Below, in pieces: positions 45,329 to 54,379 of a DNA stretch of 64,000 nt. Below the pieces are notes generated by a model, which saw only the letters and a program-made list of their open reading frames with translations, ran no database searches and was not told the origin of the DNA. Where the stretch lies: positions 14,662 through 78,661 of the forward strand of contig DBFEIO010000026.1 of the NCBI GenBank assembly GCA_048330275.1. Direction: 5' to 3'. The DNA comes from Collinsella sp. (GTDB taxonomy: Bacteria; Actinomycetota; Coriobacteriia; Coriobacteriales; Coriobacteriaceae). The position numbers were made by a program, and so were the translations under genes. The number at the start of each line of letters is the position of its first letter. The first letter of the stretch is position 1.

Positions 45329-48300
45329 GACGCTCGCCTCCCTTCGCATTCGCCTTGCGACGAATGTGCATCCAGGCTGCAGCAGCGCAAAGCACCGCTG
45401 CGCCGGCAAGGTACGTCAGCGTGACGCCCGACATACCAGAAAGGGGCAAAGAGGTGGAGTAGGTGTTGGTGAAGGTGGGGGTGGACTCGGGCTTGGTACT
45501 GTCAAAGTTAATGGGCTTCGAGTCGGCGATAGGATCACCGTGAGCGTCCTTGATTTTGGTAAAGGTCACTATCTCGGGTTCGATTTTACCTTCTTCATTG
45601 TCCTTCATCCTGACATCAAATCGATAGACCGACTTGTCGTACGTATAGTTCGAGAACAGCGAAACCTCTGTACTCTCACGCACGTAGTACTTGAAGTCTT
45701 TGCAAGCGCCACGACCCGGATCACCAGAATCCCCCTGTTTCAAGTCGTCAAGGTTGTACTCAATATTGGGGAAATAAAGCTTCTGAGGCTCGACGCCGCC
45801 GGCTTTGGTCTTAACCCTCCTGGCATTATCGAACTCCTCGTTATCCGCAAACTCGAGCGTAAACTCCTTCATCTCGCCGCCCTTAACGACCTTAGTTGCC
45901 GCAGGCGTCCAGGAACCAAGAGAGTTATAGGGCTCAATTTTGTTGGTAAAGGTCGGCTTATCATCGTTGCCGATAGTAAGCGTAGCCGTTGTCTTGTCCT
46001 CTGAGTACCTAACGGAATAGTCTCCGGAATCAGAATGAAGTGGTTTGAAGACGTTATCCTTCTCTGCCTTTTTAGAAACGGTTACTCCTTCTACCGTGTA
46101 ATAATTAATAGGAATCTGCATGAGTTGGTCGGTTTTGTATGGTATGTCACCAACTTTTACCACGATCTTGTAAATGGTTTCATCGAATTTGGTATTCAAT
46201 TCGTTTTCGCCGCTGATGGGTTCCTCAACTAGATAGAAAACGTATTGTCCCGAAGAATAGTCCTTGCCAGAGTCGAAGGTGATATGGCCGCTTGTTTGAT
46301 CAACAGGCGCCTTGCCCGCAACACTGCACTCGCCCATATCTAATGTACCGTCCTCTTTCCAAGAAGGCTCAGTGGGGCCATCCTTGCGGAGCAGCTTAAA
46401 CTTGTACCCGTGTCCATCAAGCTTTTGCAGCTCTCCGCCTGCATCTACAAGCACCTTGGTAGCGTTGAGCGTCATGTTCGGATAAACGCTCAAATCACTG
46501 ACTTCGCCGACGGTGAGGTCGCCGTTGGTCATAATGCCGCCACCGTGGGTGTAGGAGTAGTTACCACTGATGATGGTCGTAGCTGCCAATTTCGCCTTTT
46601 TTACGGCCTCTTCATTCGGATGGGCCTCCAAACCGAACATGTACTTGGCCTCGGCGCCGCCATTAGGATCGATGGTGATCTTCTGGCGATCGCAGGTGCC
46701 CTTCCAGACAGCTGAGCCGCCGCCGAGCATCTTGCCGAGCACAACTGCAACCGTCTTATTGCTGTCATCCTTGCGCACGAGGAAGAAATCCTTGTGGCCG
46801 GCTTCTTTGAAGTCTTTGGTAATGTAGTTAGTGTTGCTGTCCTCGTTCTTGCCATTACCACCGGCAGACATGTGATTACTTAAACCATTATCCGTATTGT
46901 TGTAGATTGCGGCACCATTTGAGTGCGAAACAATTGTCTCGCCCGTAGGGCAGGCACCGATGCCACCACCCCAGCCACCGGCCTCATTATCAGTAATCAG
47001 CGTCCTTACGATGTTAAGCTTGCCGTCCTTTTGGACAAAGACGCCACCGCCGCCCCAATCGCCGCCACGGCTCTCACCCGTCATGGTCTTGTTGTTGGTG
47101 ATGTAAATCTTGTTGGACGTGCTCGGCTCAGCCTTAATATCGCCGGTAGTACCGGTGGAAATACGGAGACCACCGCCCTCGGCGTTTTCAGATTCGTTGC
47201 CGGCAATCGTGCCGCCAGTCATTTTAAACGTAATCGCCTGGTTCCAGAAACCAGCGTAGATTCCGCCACCGGCCTCTTTGGAGTAATTGGCAGTAACGGA
47301 TCCACCCGTCATGGTTAACGTCCCTCTGTGCGTGCATGCAATTCCGCCGCCGCCAAGCAGACCGAAGTTGTAAAGATTGGAATCAGTAATCCAAGCGTCA
47401 ACTCGATTGTTGGTAATATTGGCAGATCCGCCGATGGTGACGTTCGCGCCCTTGGTATAAACACCACCACCGTATCCGCCGTCTCCGGTGTCACCGCCGC
47501 AGCTGCTGCCGCCGATGCCCTTAGCGTACGTAGCATTACCCGAGATGACACCGCCGGAGAGATCCAACGTGACACCGCTGTTGGCAAAAATGCCACCACC
47601 GGAAGCAGCCTTATTCGCTGCAATCACGCCGCCAGTCATGTTGAGTGAACCCTTTGCCATGCACAGGCCACCGCCCCAGCCACCGCCGTTGCCGTTGGTG
47701 ACGTAACCGCCTTCGATTTTGACCGTACCCTCGGAATAAATCACATGGCCGTCGGGACTCAGGTTGGCAGCCGTGGTAATCATGCCGCCCTTGAGATCGA
47801 GCGTGCCGCCCGCTTCAACGTTGACCACATACTTTACGGAACCGCTGCCCGACGCCGCATCGATAGCGCCAAAGCCTGTAACGACATGCCGGTACGTAGT
47901 CTCGGTGGTGCCAAGTCCATCTGTCTTGGGCGTGCTCTTAGTCTCATAGTAAGTAAGACTCGTAGGAGTGCCGAGATTAGAGCCGTCCCCTTTTTCCCAT
48001 GTCATACTCGCAGGCTGACCCACCGGCATATTGTTGACCGGAGTCTTTTCGTCTTTTGCGCTATCTGAGTCCTTGATAGTGTCCTCGATAGTGAGCGTGA
48101 CTCCGTTATTGACCACAAAGAAGGAGCCTAAGCCGCCGGAGCGGTTGTAGAGCATGTTTCCCGCAAGATTGATGGTGGTGTTTTCGCTGATAGTGATCTG
48201 CTGATTCGAATAGGCAGAACCCGTCAGTCGAAACTTGCCGCCACTGGTAAATGCCCCAGCAACGTCACCGCTTATCTCGGTATAGCCATCGGCACCGACG

Positions 48301-48692
48301 TTGGCAGGAGCGTTCGCGTTTTCATCGTTATTTTCATCATCGGAAGGCTGTGCGTCGGAAGGCTGCGTGTCACCCTCGACCTCCGTGTCGTCGGACGGCA
48401 GGCCTGCGGCAGCGGCGTCTTCGCTCGCGTCATTCCCGGCATCGTCACTATTCTGGTTTTCGGTATCCCCGTTTTTGGTGTTTTCTACATCAGTAGACTC
48501 ACTTGAGGAACCCCCCCCCATCACAGTTTCCTCGGTAGGAGCTGCCTGGGCATCGTTGGCAATGGCCTGCGAGATCGAGGGCATGACGAGCGACAGTACC
48601 AGGCTCAACACGGAGGCTCCGCACAAAACGCCTGCCAGTACACGGCGCGTCGCTTTATTACTCTGCTTAGATTTGTCCGAATTCGCTTTCAT
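45321..48692 (-). CDS. Large LPXTG-type surface protein; probable pilus tip adhesin with a parallel beta-helix region
   Basis: Signal peptide present. Repeated GGGI/GGGV...N motifs (GGGIFANSGVTLDLSGGVISGN, GGGVYTKGANVTIGG, GGGIACTHRGTLTMTGG, GGGIYAGF). C-terminal Ig-like domains. LPLSG sorting signal. Confidence 0.8.
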   Translation of the reverse strand: MKANSDKSKQSNKATRRVLAGVLCGASVLSLVLSLVMPSISQAIANDAQAAPTEETVMGGGSSSESTDVENTKNGDTENQNSDDAGNDASEDAAAAGLPSDDTEVEGDTQPSDAQPSDDENNDENANAPANVGADGYTEISGDVAGAFTSGGKFRLTGSAYSNQQITISENTTINLAGNMLYNRSGGLGSFFVVNNGVTLTIEDTIKDSDSAKDEKTPVNNMPVGQPASMTWEKGDGSNLGTPTSLTYYETKSTPKTDGLGTTETTYRHVVTGFGAIDAASGSGSVKYVVNVEAGGTLDLKGGMITTAANLSPDGHVIYSEGTVKIEGGYVTNGNGGGWGGGLCMAKGSLNMTGGVIAANKAASGGGIFANSGVTLDLSGGVISGNATYAKGIGGSSCGGDTGDGGYGGGVYTKGANVTIGGSANITNNRVDAWITDSNLYNFGLLGGGGIACTHRGTLTMTGGSVTANYSKEAGGGIYAGFWNQAITFKMTGGTIAGNESENAEGGGLRISTGTTGDIKAEPSTSNKIYITNNKTMTGESRGGDWGGGGVFVQKDGKLNIVRTLITDNEAGGWGGGIGACPTGETIVSHSNGAAIYNNTDNGLSNHMSAGGNGKNEDSNTNYITKDFKEAGHKDFFLVRKDDSNKTVAVVLGKMLGGGSAVWKGTCDRQKITIDPNGGAEAKYMFGLEAHPNEEAVKKAKLAATTIISGNYSYTHGGGIMTNGDLTVGEVSDLSVYPNMTLNATKVLVDAGGELQKLDGHGYKFKLLRKDGPTEPSWKEDGTLDMGECSVAGKAPVDQTSGHITFDSGKDYSSGQYVFYLVEEPISGENELNTKFDETIYKIVVKVGDIPYKTDQLMQIPINYYTVEGVTVSKKAEKDNVFKPLHSDSGDYSVRYSEDKTTATLTIGNDDKPTFTNKIEPYNSLGSWTPAATKVVKGGEMKEFTLEFADNEEFDNARRVKTKAGGVEPQKLYFPNIEYNLDDLKQGDSGDPGRGACKDFKYYVRESTEVSLFSNYTYDKSVYRFDVRMKDNEEGKIEPEIVTFTKIKDAHGDPIADSKPINFDSTKPESTPTFTNTYSTSLPLSGMSGVTLTYLAGAAVLCAAAAWMHIRRKANAKGGERRE
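48511..48519 (-). repeat. G9 homopolymer in the coding strand of the tip adhesin gene
   Basis: The plus strand reads ccccccccc; the coding strand reads GTG ATG GGG GGG GGT TCC (VMGGGS). It begins 173 nt after the start codon. Confidence 0.9.
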
Positions 48693-49140
48693 CGATGTCT
48701 CCTCCCCAAGAGACCGCGATCTTGCTCTTTCACCATCAAACGTATCTGCGCAATCTGTAATTGCGCTCGTTTAGTAATGCAATTATAGCGATTGTTTAAA
48801 CATCTGAGCAAATAAAACCGATAGTTTTGTAGTGAGTTCTCAATTCTCTTGACAATTGCTCGGATTTGCCTTCGTTTATTCGCTATCTATTTTTTGTTTC
48901 TGCTGGTAATTTAGTTGCGTATTATTTTTTAATGGCATTAGATTTATTTGCACAACATTTTGCTCAAGAGCAAACATCCTGTGAACGGTCGAAAATCGAC
49001 CGTGAGCGGTAGGTCATCAACCGGGATGAATATCCTACCAAATTGATGAGAATATCTTAAACCCATCGGTGGTTAGAAGCATGATGTTCAGACAACAATA
49101 TTTGAATTTTCCCACAGATTTTAAGTATCAATTCGCCCAA
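48693..49140. promoter_or_regulatory. AT-rich ~450-bp upstream region of the pilus operon
   Basis: Visibly AT-rich against a high-GC background. Contains short palindromes (ttgctcaagagcaa, ggtcgaaaatcgacc). No promoter was mapped. Confidence 0.4.
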
Positions 49141-49198
49141 ATCGCCTGAGGCCACCGCAAAAGAGCCTGCCCCCTTCTGCGGTGGTTCTCCCCCAGCG

Positions 49199-50020
49199 CT
49201 ACAGCAGATGTTCCTCGATAAAGATCGCGATGCCGTCTTTGTCGTTGCTGGCGGTTACAAAATCGGCGGCGGCACGGGTGGCATCGCTGCCGTTTGCCAT
49301 GGCCACGCCCACGCCGGCGTCAGCCACCATGCAGGTGTCGTTGTCCGCATCGCCAAACACGCAGATGTCCTGGAGCTCCATGTCGTTGAGCTCCGCCACG
49401 CGCACAAGGCCGCGCGTCTTGGACACGCGCGGATCCATGAACTCGTAGAGCCGCTGCGTGGTTTGCAGAGCCGCCGCCTTAACAGTGTTATCGGCAAACG
49501 TCGATGCTCGCTCAATCATCCGCGGCATTACCTCGGGCGCCATGGTAAACATCACCTTGGGCTGCGGCTCGCGCAAGAACTCGGCAAAATCGACCACCTG
49601 GTAGGGCACACCGTCGACGCGCGACAGGTGCTCGACGCACGCGTTGCTCTCGGGCACGTAGAACACGCCGTCTCGGGGGCAGACGGGTGTTGCCGGAAGG
49701 TCCGCCATGTGCTTGCAGATGCGCGCGATGGTCTCGCCCGGCAGCGGATAGCTCAGCTCGTTGATGTCGTGCGCGCGGTCGATGACCTCGGCGCCACCGC
49801 AGCCCACGAGCACGTCCACCAGGCCTTCGATACCCCAGAGCTCGTACATGGCCTCGGTCGCGTGGGCGTCGCGCCCGGTGCACAGGCCAAAGAGCACGCC
49901 ACGCTCGCGCAGGGCGCGGATCGCCGCCACGGTACGCGGGGACACCGTGTGCCGGCTCGTGAGCAGCGTACCGTCGATATCGCAGAACACGGCTTTGATG
50001 TGGCTGAAGGTGGCGTCCAT
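49199..50020 (-). CDS. HAD-superfamily hydrolase (Cof-type)
   Basis: FCDIDGTLL (motif I) and FGDADNDTCM (motif IV). Start moved to MDATFSHIKAV. Confidence 0.8.
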   Translation of the reverse strand: MDATFSHIKAVFCDIDGTLLTSRHTVSPRTVAAIRALRERGVLFGLCTGRDAHATEAMYELWGIEGLVDVLVGCGGAEVIDRAHDINELSYPLPGETIARICKHMADLPATPVCPRDGVFYVPESNACVEHLSRVDGVPYQVVDFAEFLREPQPKVMFTMAPEVMPRMIERASTFADNTVKAAALQTTQRLYEFMDPRVSKTRGLVRVAELNDMELQDICVFGDADNDTCMVADAGVGVAMANGSDATRAAADFVTASNDKDGIAIFIEEHLL

Positions 50021-50114
50021 GGGGGCCTTTCTGGGTTGTGCGGCGGTGTGGGGTGTATTCGTGAACGGCGTACATGGTATACCAAGGCACAGGCGCGGCC
50101 CGTCAAAGCAAAAA

Positions 50115-50148
50115 CCACCACAAAGGTGCCTGGCCCCCTTTGTGGTGG
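50115..50148 (-). terminator. CCACCACAAAGG hairpin, copy 2, acting as the terminator of the MFS gene
   Basis: On the minus strand the hairpin is followed by TTTTTGCTTT. Confidence 0.6.
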
Positions 50149-50169
50149 AAGTGACGTTTGCGGGCCAAA

Positions 50170-50228
50170 CCGTCACAACATTCGATGTTTTTCGGCAAAA
50201 TCGCGATTTTTACCGAATGTTGTGATAG
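50170..50228. repeat. 59-bp palindromic intergenic element, copy 2 (same orientation as copy 1)
   Basis: CCGTCACAACATTCGA-N27-CCGAATGTTGTGATAG. Confidence 0.8.
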
Positions 50229-50232
50229 TTTC

Positions 50233-51513
50233 TTACCGCTTTACGGCACGTTCCAAGTGATTGCGTCCAAACAGCAGCAACGCCGCAGGGACCGCCGTCA
50301 CGACCATGCCCGCCCCCACGAGTGTCCGTTGTACGCCAAATGTTGCCGCCAGCCACGGTGCAATCGTCAGCGGGGCCACGCCGGCAAACATATTGCCAAA
50401 GCCCATGACCGAGTTCACGCGACCGAGCTGCTCGAGCGGAGCCGTCGTTTGCACAATGGTGTTGTGGAGCGGGTTGACGACACCCCAAGCTATGCCCAGG
50501 GCGATCTGGCCGATGAGGGCCACGCCCACGTACGGTGTCCCCACATAGAGCAGACTTCCCAGGCCCACGGACATGAGCGCCACGAGCAGCGTTTTAAGGT
50601 TGACCAGGTGCGGCGGCAAGTGGAGCGCGAGCACGGCACCCAGCACCGCGCCCACGCCCGAAGCCGACGAGAGCCAGCCCATCCACTCAACGCCGACGCG
50701 TAGGACATCGCGATAGAAAAACGACTCGAGCGGATCGAAGGCTCCGTAGCCAAAGTTCGAGAGAAAAATAATGCAGAAAAGTAGCGCGAGGACGCTGTTG
50801 GTGAAGACTGTCTTGATGCTGGTCGCGAAGGTGGCGCGGGCGGGCGTGCTGGGGTTGGAGCTTTGTCCCGCACGCTCCCCTTCCTCTGTCGAATCGGCAT
50901 CCGCATGCCCGGCGACATGGCTGGTCTGCGGCCTAAAGCCCCAACCGGCGACGAGCGCCAGCACGGTAAAGAGCATCATGAGCACGAACACCGCGCGCGA
51001 CGACGCAGCCGCCGCGACAAAGCCGCCCAGCGTGGGGCCAACGATGATACTCACGTTTGAAACCATGGCGATGGCGGAGTTGATGTCTTTGAGCTCGACG
51101 GGGTCGTTGGTGAGGTAGGCCGGATAGGACGTGGCGACGGGCTGGGCGAATCCCATCACAAAGCCCAGAAACACCGCGCCGAGCAGGACGACGCCGGTCG
51201 CGCTACCAAAGGCGATGATTGCCGTGCCAGTTGCGAGAGCGCCGATGATGCTCAGCAAGAAATGGCGGCGCGGACCCCATGCGTCGAGCGCAGCGCCGCC
51301 CGCAAAGGATCCCAGGATCACGAAAACGTTCATGAACAGGACGGCCAGCGATGTCGCGACGACCGAGGCATCGTCCGCATAGGTAAGCGTTCCGATGACG
51401 CCGATAAAGTAGCTGGTCTGAAACCCGGTGTAGATGAGAAAGCGCATCGCTACCAGGCGCTTGGCCTGCATGGACAGCGAAGGTTGAGGTTTTGAGAGAA
51501 GAGATGCGAGCAT
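50233..51513 (-). CDS. MFS transporter
   Basis: About 12 hydrophobic segments. ATG at 51513 follows AAGGAG; an alternative ATG is at 51531. Confidence 0.8.
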   Translation of the reverse strand: MLASLLSKPQPSLSMQAKRLVAMRFLIYTGFQTSYFIGVIGTLTYADDASVVATSLAVLFMNVFVILGSFAGGAALDAWGPRRHFLLSIIGALATGTAIIAFGSATGVVLLGAVFLGFVMGFAQPVATSYPAYLTNDPVELKDINSAIAMVSNVSIIVGPTLGGFVAAAASSRAVFVLMMLFTVLALVAGWGFRPQTSHVAGHADADSTEEGERAGQSSNPSTPARATFATSIKTVFTNSVLALLFCIIFLSNFGYGAFDPLESFFYRDVLRVGVEWMGWLSSASGVGAVLGAVLALHLPPHLVNLKTLLVALMSVGLGSLLYVGTPYVGVALIGQIALGIAWGVVNPLHNTIVQTTAPLEQLGRVNSVMGFGNMFAGVAPLTIAPWLAATFGVQRTLVGAGMVVTAVPAALLLFGRNHLERAVKR

Positions 51514-51687
51514 GGAGACTCCTTGTTTCATACGAATACGGGCGGTGGGTATTCGCCACCGTCTGTCAAATCAATCTATCCGCATGAAACATTAAGGACG
51601 CATCAGGACCCTTCTCTCCGTTTTTCGCTCAGTATGAACTACTTGGTAGATTGTAAGGCATGTCCCACACATCTACCAAAGCAAAAA

Positions 51688-51721
51688 CCACCACAAAGGC
51701 GCCTGTCCCCCTTTGTGGTGG
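51688..51721 (-). terminator. CCACCACAAAGG hairpin, copy 3
   Basis: On the minus strand the hairpin is followed by TTTTTGCTTTGG. Confidence 0.55.
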
Positions 51722-51741
51722 AAATGACGTTTGCCCAGATA

Positions 51742-51780
51742 AAACCTGCCAAAACAAACCTGTCCCTTTTTGGCAGGTTT
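51742..51780 (-). terminator. Hairpin terminator directly after the moaC-mobB stop codon
   Basis: 13-bp stem (aaacctgccaaaa / ttttggcaggttt). Confidence 0.55.
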
Positions 51781-53084
51781 TAGGCCAGATGATCTTGGAT
51801 CAGATCGCAGATGGCTCGGGCGTCGTTGATGTTGATGGCTCGGGTCGCAAAGCCGGCGTCGAAGGCCTGACGCGCCAGGGCTTCGTTGCAGGCAAGGGCC
51901 AGCGTGTGACCGTCGACCAGGTCGAGTGAGCTCTTGCCACGCAGACGGTCGACACCGGAGCGCGCGACCACGATGTTGTCGAAGCCCTCGGTCTTGTAGC
52001 CCTCAATGATCACCACGTCGGCATCGTTGTAGCGCGACAGCAGCTCGCGCGCGGGCATCTCGTCCTCCTCGCGCGTGTCGGCGTACTCCGCCCAGCGCGT
52101 GGCGCAGATGAGACCCACGTGCTTGGATCCGGCCTGGTGATGGCGCCAGGTGTCCTTAGCGGGCACGTCGATATCGAAGCCGTGGTGCCCGTGATGCTTG
52201 AGCGAACCCACGCGCAGGCCACGGCGGGTGAGCTCGGCGATGACCTTCTCGACGAGCGTGGTCTTGCCCGAGTTTTGGTAGCCGATAAACGCGATCGCGG
52301 GGACGACCGGGGCCGGAGCTGCGGGCGCGACGGCGACGGGCGCGCTCGCGGGTGCGTCGCCCGCGGCTCCCACGGCCTCAACAGCAGCGGCCTGACGCTC
52401 TGCACGATCCCACACGCCCGAGCGGCCGCCCTCCTTGTGCAGCAGGCGCACGTCGACGATCTCCATGCCGCGATCGACCGCCTTGCACATGTCATAGATG
52501 GTCAGGCACGCGGCACTCGCGCCGGTCAGAGCCTCCATCTCGATACCCGTCTTGCCCGTCACGCCCGCCGTAACCAGTACGTGAAAGCCAACCTGCCCGT
52601 CCACGCGCGCCGGCGCCCAGCCCTCGGGCACGTCCTCGGCCGGCGTCCCCGCCGGAGCGATGGGCGCAATGTCGCACTTGCTCTTAGTAATGAGCAGCGG
52701 ATGGCACATGGGAATGATGTCGCTCGTGCGTTTGATGGCCATAATGCCCGCCACGCGCGCGCAGGCAAGCACGTCGCCCTTTTTGGCGCGGTCCTGCAGC
52801 ACCATGGCCTGCGTCTCGGGATGCATGAGGATGGTGCCCTCGGCGATGGCGATGCGATGGGTCTCGGCCTTGTCGGACACGTCGACCATGCGCACCTCGC
52901 CCTTGGCGTCCACGTGTGTCAGCTCGTCGCGACGGGCGTCACGGGCGGGCCCGACAGCAGCGCCGGCAGTCGGCTGCGCGGACGCGTCGGCGTTGCCAGC
53001 ATTCGCCGCAGCCGTGACTTTGTGGGCAGACATCGCGGCCCGGCGAGCGGCCTTGGTGGCATCGGCGTACCTGCTCTTGGCCAT
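51780..53084 (-). CDS. moaC: Fused MoaC (cyclic pyranopterin monophosphate synthase) and MobB-like P-loop protein
   Basis: The MoaC block (THVDAKGEVRMVDVSDK...GKTGIEMEALTGASAACLTIYDMCKA) is joined by an Ala/Pro linker to the MobB block (IAFIGYQNSGKTTLVEK...LKHHGHHGFDID). Confidence 0.85.
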   Translation of the reverse strand: MAKSRYADATKAARRAAMSAHKVTAAANAGNADASAQPTAGAAVGPARDARRDELTHVDAKGEVRMVDVSDKAETHRIAIAEGTILMHPETQAMVLQDRAKKGDVLACARVAGIMAIKRTSDIIPMCHPLLITKSKCDIAPIAPAGTPAEDVPEGWAPARVDGQVGFHVLVTAGVTGKTGIEMEALTGASAACLTIYDMCKAVDRGMEIVDVRLLHKEGGRSGVWDRAERQAAAVEAVGAAGDAPASAPVAVAPAAPAPVVPAIAFIGYQNSGKTTLVEKVIAELTRRGLRVGSLKHHGHHGFDIDVPAKDTWRHHQAGSKHVGLICATRWAEYADTREEDEMPARELLSRYNDADVVIIEGYKTEGFDNIVVARSGVDRLRGKSSLDLVDGHTLALACNEALARQAFDAGFATRAININDARAICDLIQDHLA

Positions 53085-53088
53085 ATGA

Positions 53089-54144
53089 TCATCCTCCGAT
53101 TTGGGACATAAATCGTTGCGTGCCCTCAATTATCGCGTGTTCCTGCGGTTTGTGGGCCACGGCATCGCGCCAAATCGAAAGTACCTGCATATCATCACCA
53201 CGGCGCAGGGCGTCGCGCACCGAATACTCGGCATCGCTGAACAGGCACGGACGCACGTTGCCGTCTGCCGTCAGGCGCAGACGGTTGCAATTCGCGCAAA
53301 AATGGTTGGACATGGCGCTGATGAAGCCGACCGTTCCCGCCGCGCCCGGAAAGTGCCAGTAGCGTGCAGGGCCCGCGCCGGCAGGAGCGTCGTTGATGTC
53401 GAGCGGCTCAAGCTCGCCCAGACCAACCGCGGCGGCCCCGGCATTGATGCGCGCCCGCAGCTCGTCGCTCGGCACGGTGTCGCTCGCATCCCACAGCGCC
53501 GGATTGAGCGCAGGCGCATGCGGGTCCACAGCGCAATGCGAGCTCGTGCGCTCGTCGCCGATGGGCATATATTCGATAAAGCGCAGGTGGATGGGGCGGT
53601 CGAGCGTGAGCCGCGCGAGGGCCGCCACATCTTGATTGAGCCGGCGCACCACAACGCAGTTGACCTTAACGGGCTCAAAGCCCCAAGCCAGCGCCGCGTC
53701 GATGCCGGCCATGGTCTGCTCGAGTCGACCCAGGCGCGTGATCTTTCCAAACAGCGTAGGGTCGAGCGTGTCGAGCGAAATGTTGACGCGGTTAAGCCCG
53801 GCATCTTTGAGCTGCGGCGCCAGCTTGGGCAGCAGGGCGCCGTTGGTGGTGAGCGAGATGTCCTCGATCTGCGGGATCGCGCGGATGTCGCGAATAAGCG
53901 GAATGATACGGCGGCTGACCAGCGGCTCGCCGCCCGTCAGGCGTACGCGGCGAATGCCCTCCCCCGCCACCAAGCGCACAAAGCGGGCGATTTCCTCGGC
54001 GCTGAGCAGCTCGTCGTGCGCGCGGGGCGCCACGCCATCGGCCGGCATGCAGTAAATGCAGCGGAAATTGCACTTGTCGGTAACGGCAATGCGCAGGTAG
54101 TTGATATCGCGGCCAAAACCGTCATGTTGCACGTGCCCGTCCAC
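53089..54144 (-). CDS. moaA: GTP 3',8-cyclase MoaA (radical SAM)
   Basis: YLRIAVTDKCNFRCIYCMP cluster motif. C-terminal CANCNRLRLTADG. GTG start. Confidence 0.9.
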   Translation of the reverse strand: MDGHVQHDGFGRDINYLRIAVTDKCNFRCIYCMPADGVAPRAHDELLSAEEIARFVRLVAGEGIRRVRLTGGEPLVSRRIIPLIRDIRAIPQIEDISLTTNGALLPKLAPQLKDAGLNRVNISLDTLDPTLFGKITRLGRLEQTMAGIDAALAWGFEPVKVNCVVVRRLNQDVAALARLTLDRPIHLRFIEYMPIGDERTSSHCAVDPHAPALNPALWDASDTVPSDELRARINAGAAAVGLGELEPLDINDAPAGAGPARYWHFPGAAGTVGFISAMSNHFCANCNRLRLTADGNVRPCLFSDAEYSVRDALRRGDDMQVLSIWRDAVAHKPQEHAIIEGTQRFMSQIGG

Positions 54145-54279
54145 GCAGCCCTCCCCTCACGCGGTGTTTTATTCTTCGGAAAACATAATACCCCACGCGA
54201 GAATCATGCCGACACCCGTACGACAGGACAGGTCGCTTCGAGCAAGACCGGCTTTCCAAGCCCATCCTCAGCATACAGA

Positions 54280-54338
54280 CCATCACAACATTCGATGCTT
54301 TTCCCGATTTTGGCAAAAAACGTCGAATGTTGTGATGG
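54280..54338. repeat. 59-bp palindromic intergenic element, copy 3 (opposite orientation to copies 1 and 2)
   Basis: CCATCACAACATTCGA-tgcttttcccgattttggcaaaaaacg-TCGAATGTTGTGATGG. Confidence 0.85.
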
Positions 54339-54379
54339 TTTGCCTGCCCACGGCACCCCGTAGAAGGACCAAAGCGCCC

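Noticed and set aside
54145-54279. Possible Moco riboswitch in the ~135-nt leader upstream of moaA.
   Set aside because: I could not recognise the conserved Moco-motif core sequences by eye. A covariance-model search (Rfam RF01055) on the minus strand of 54100-54300 would settle this.
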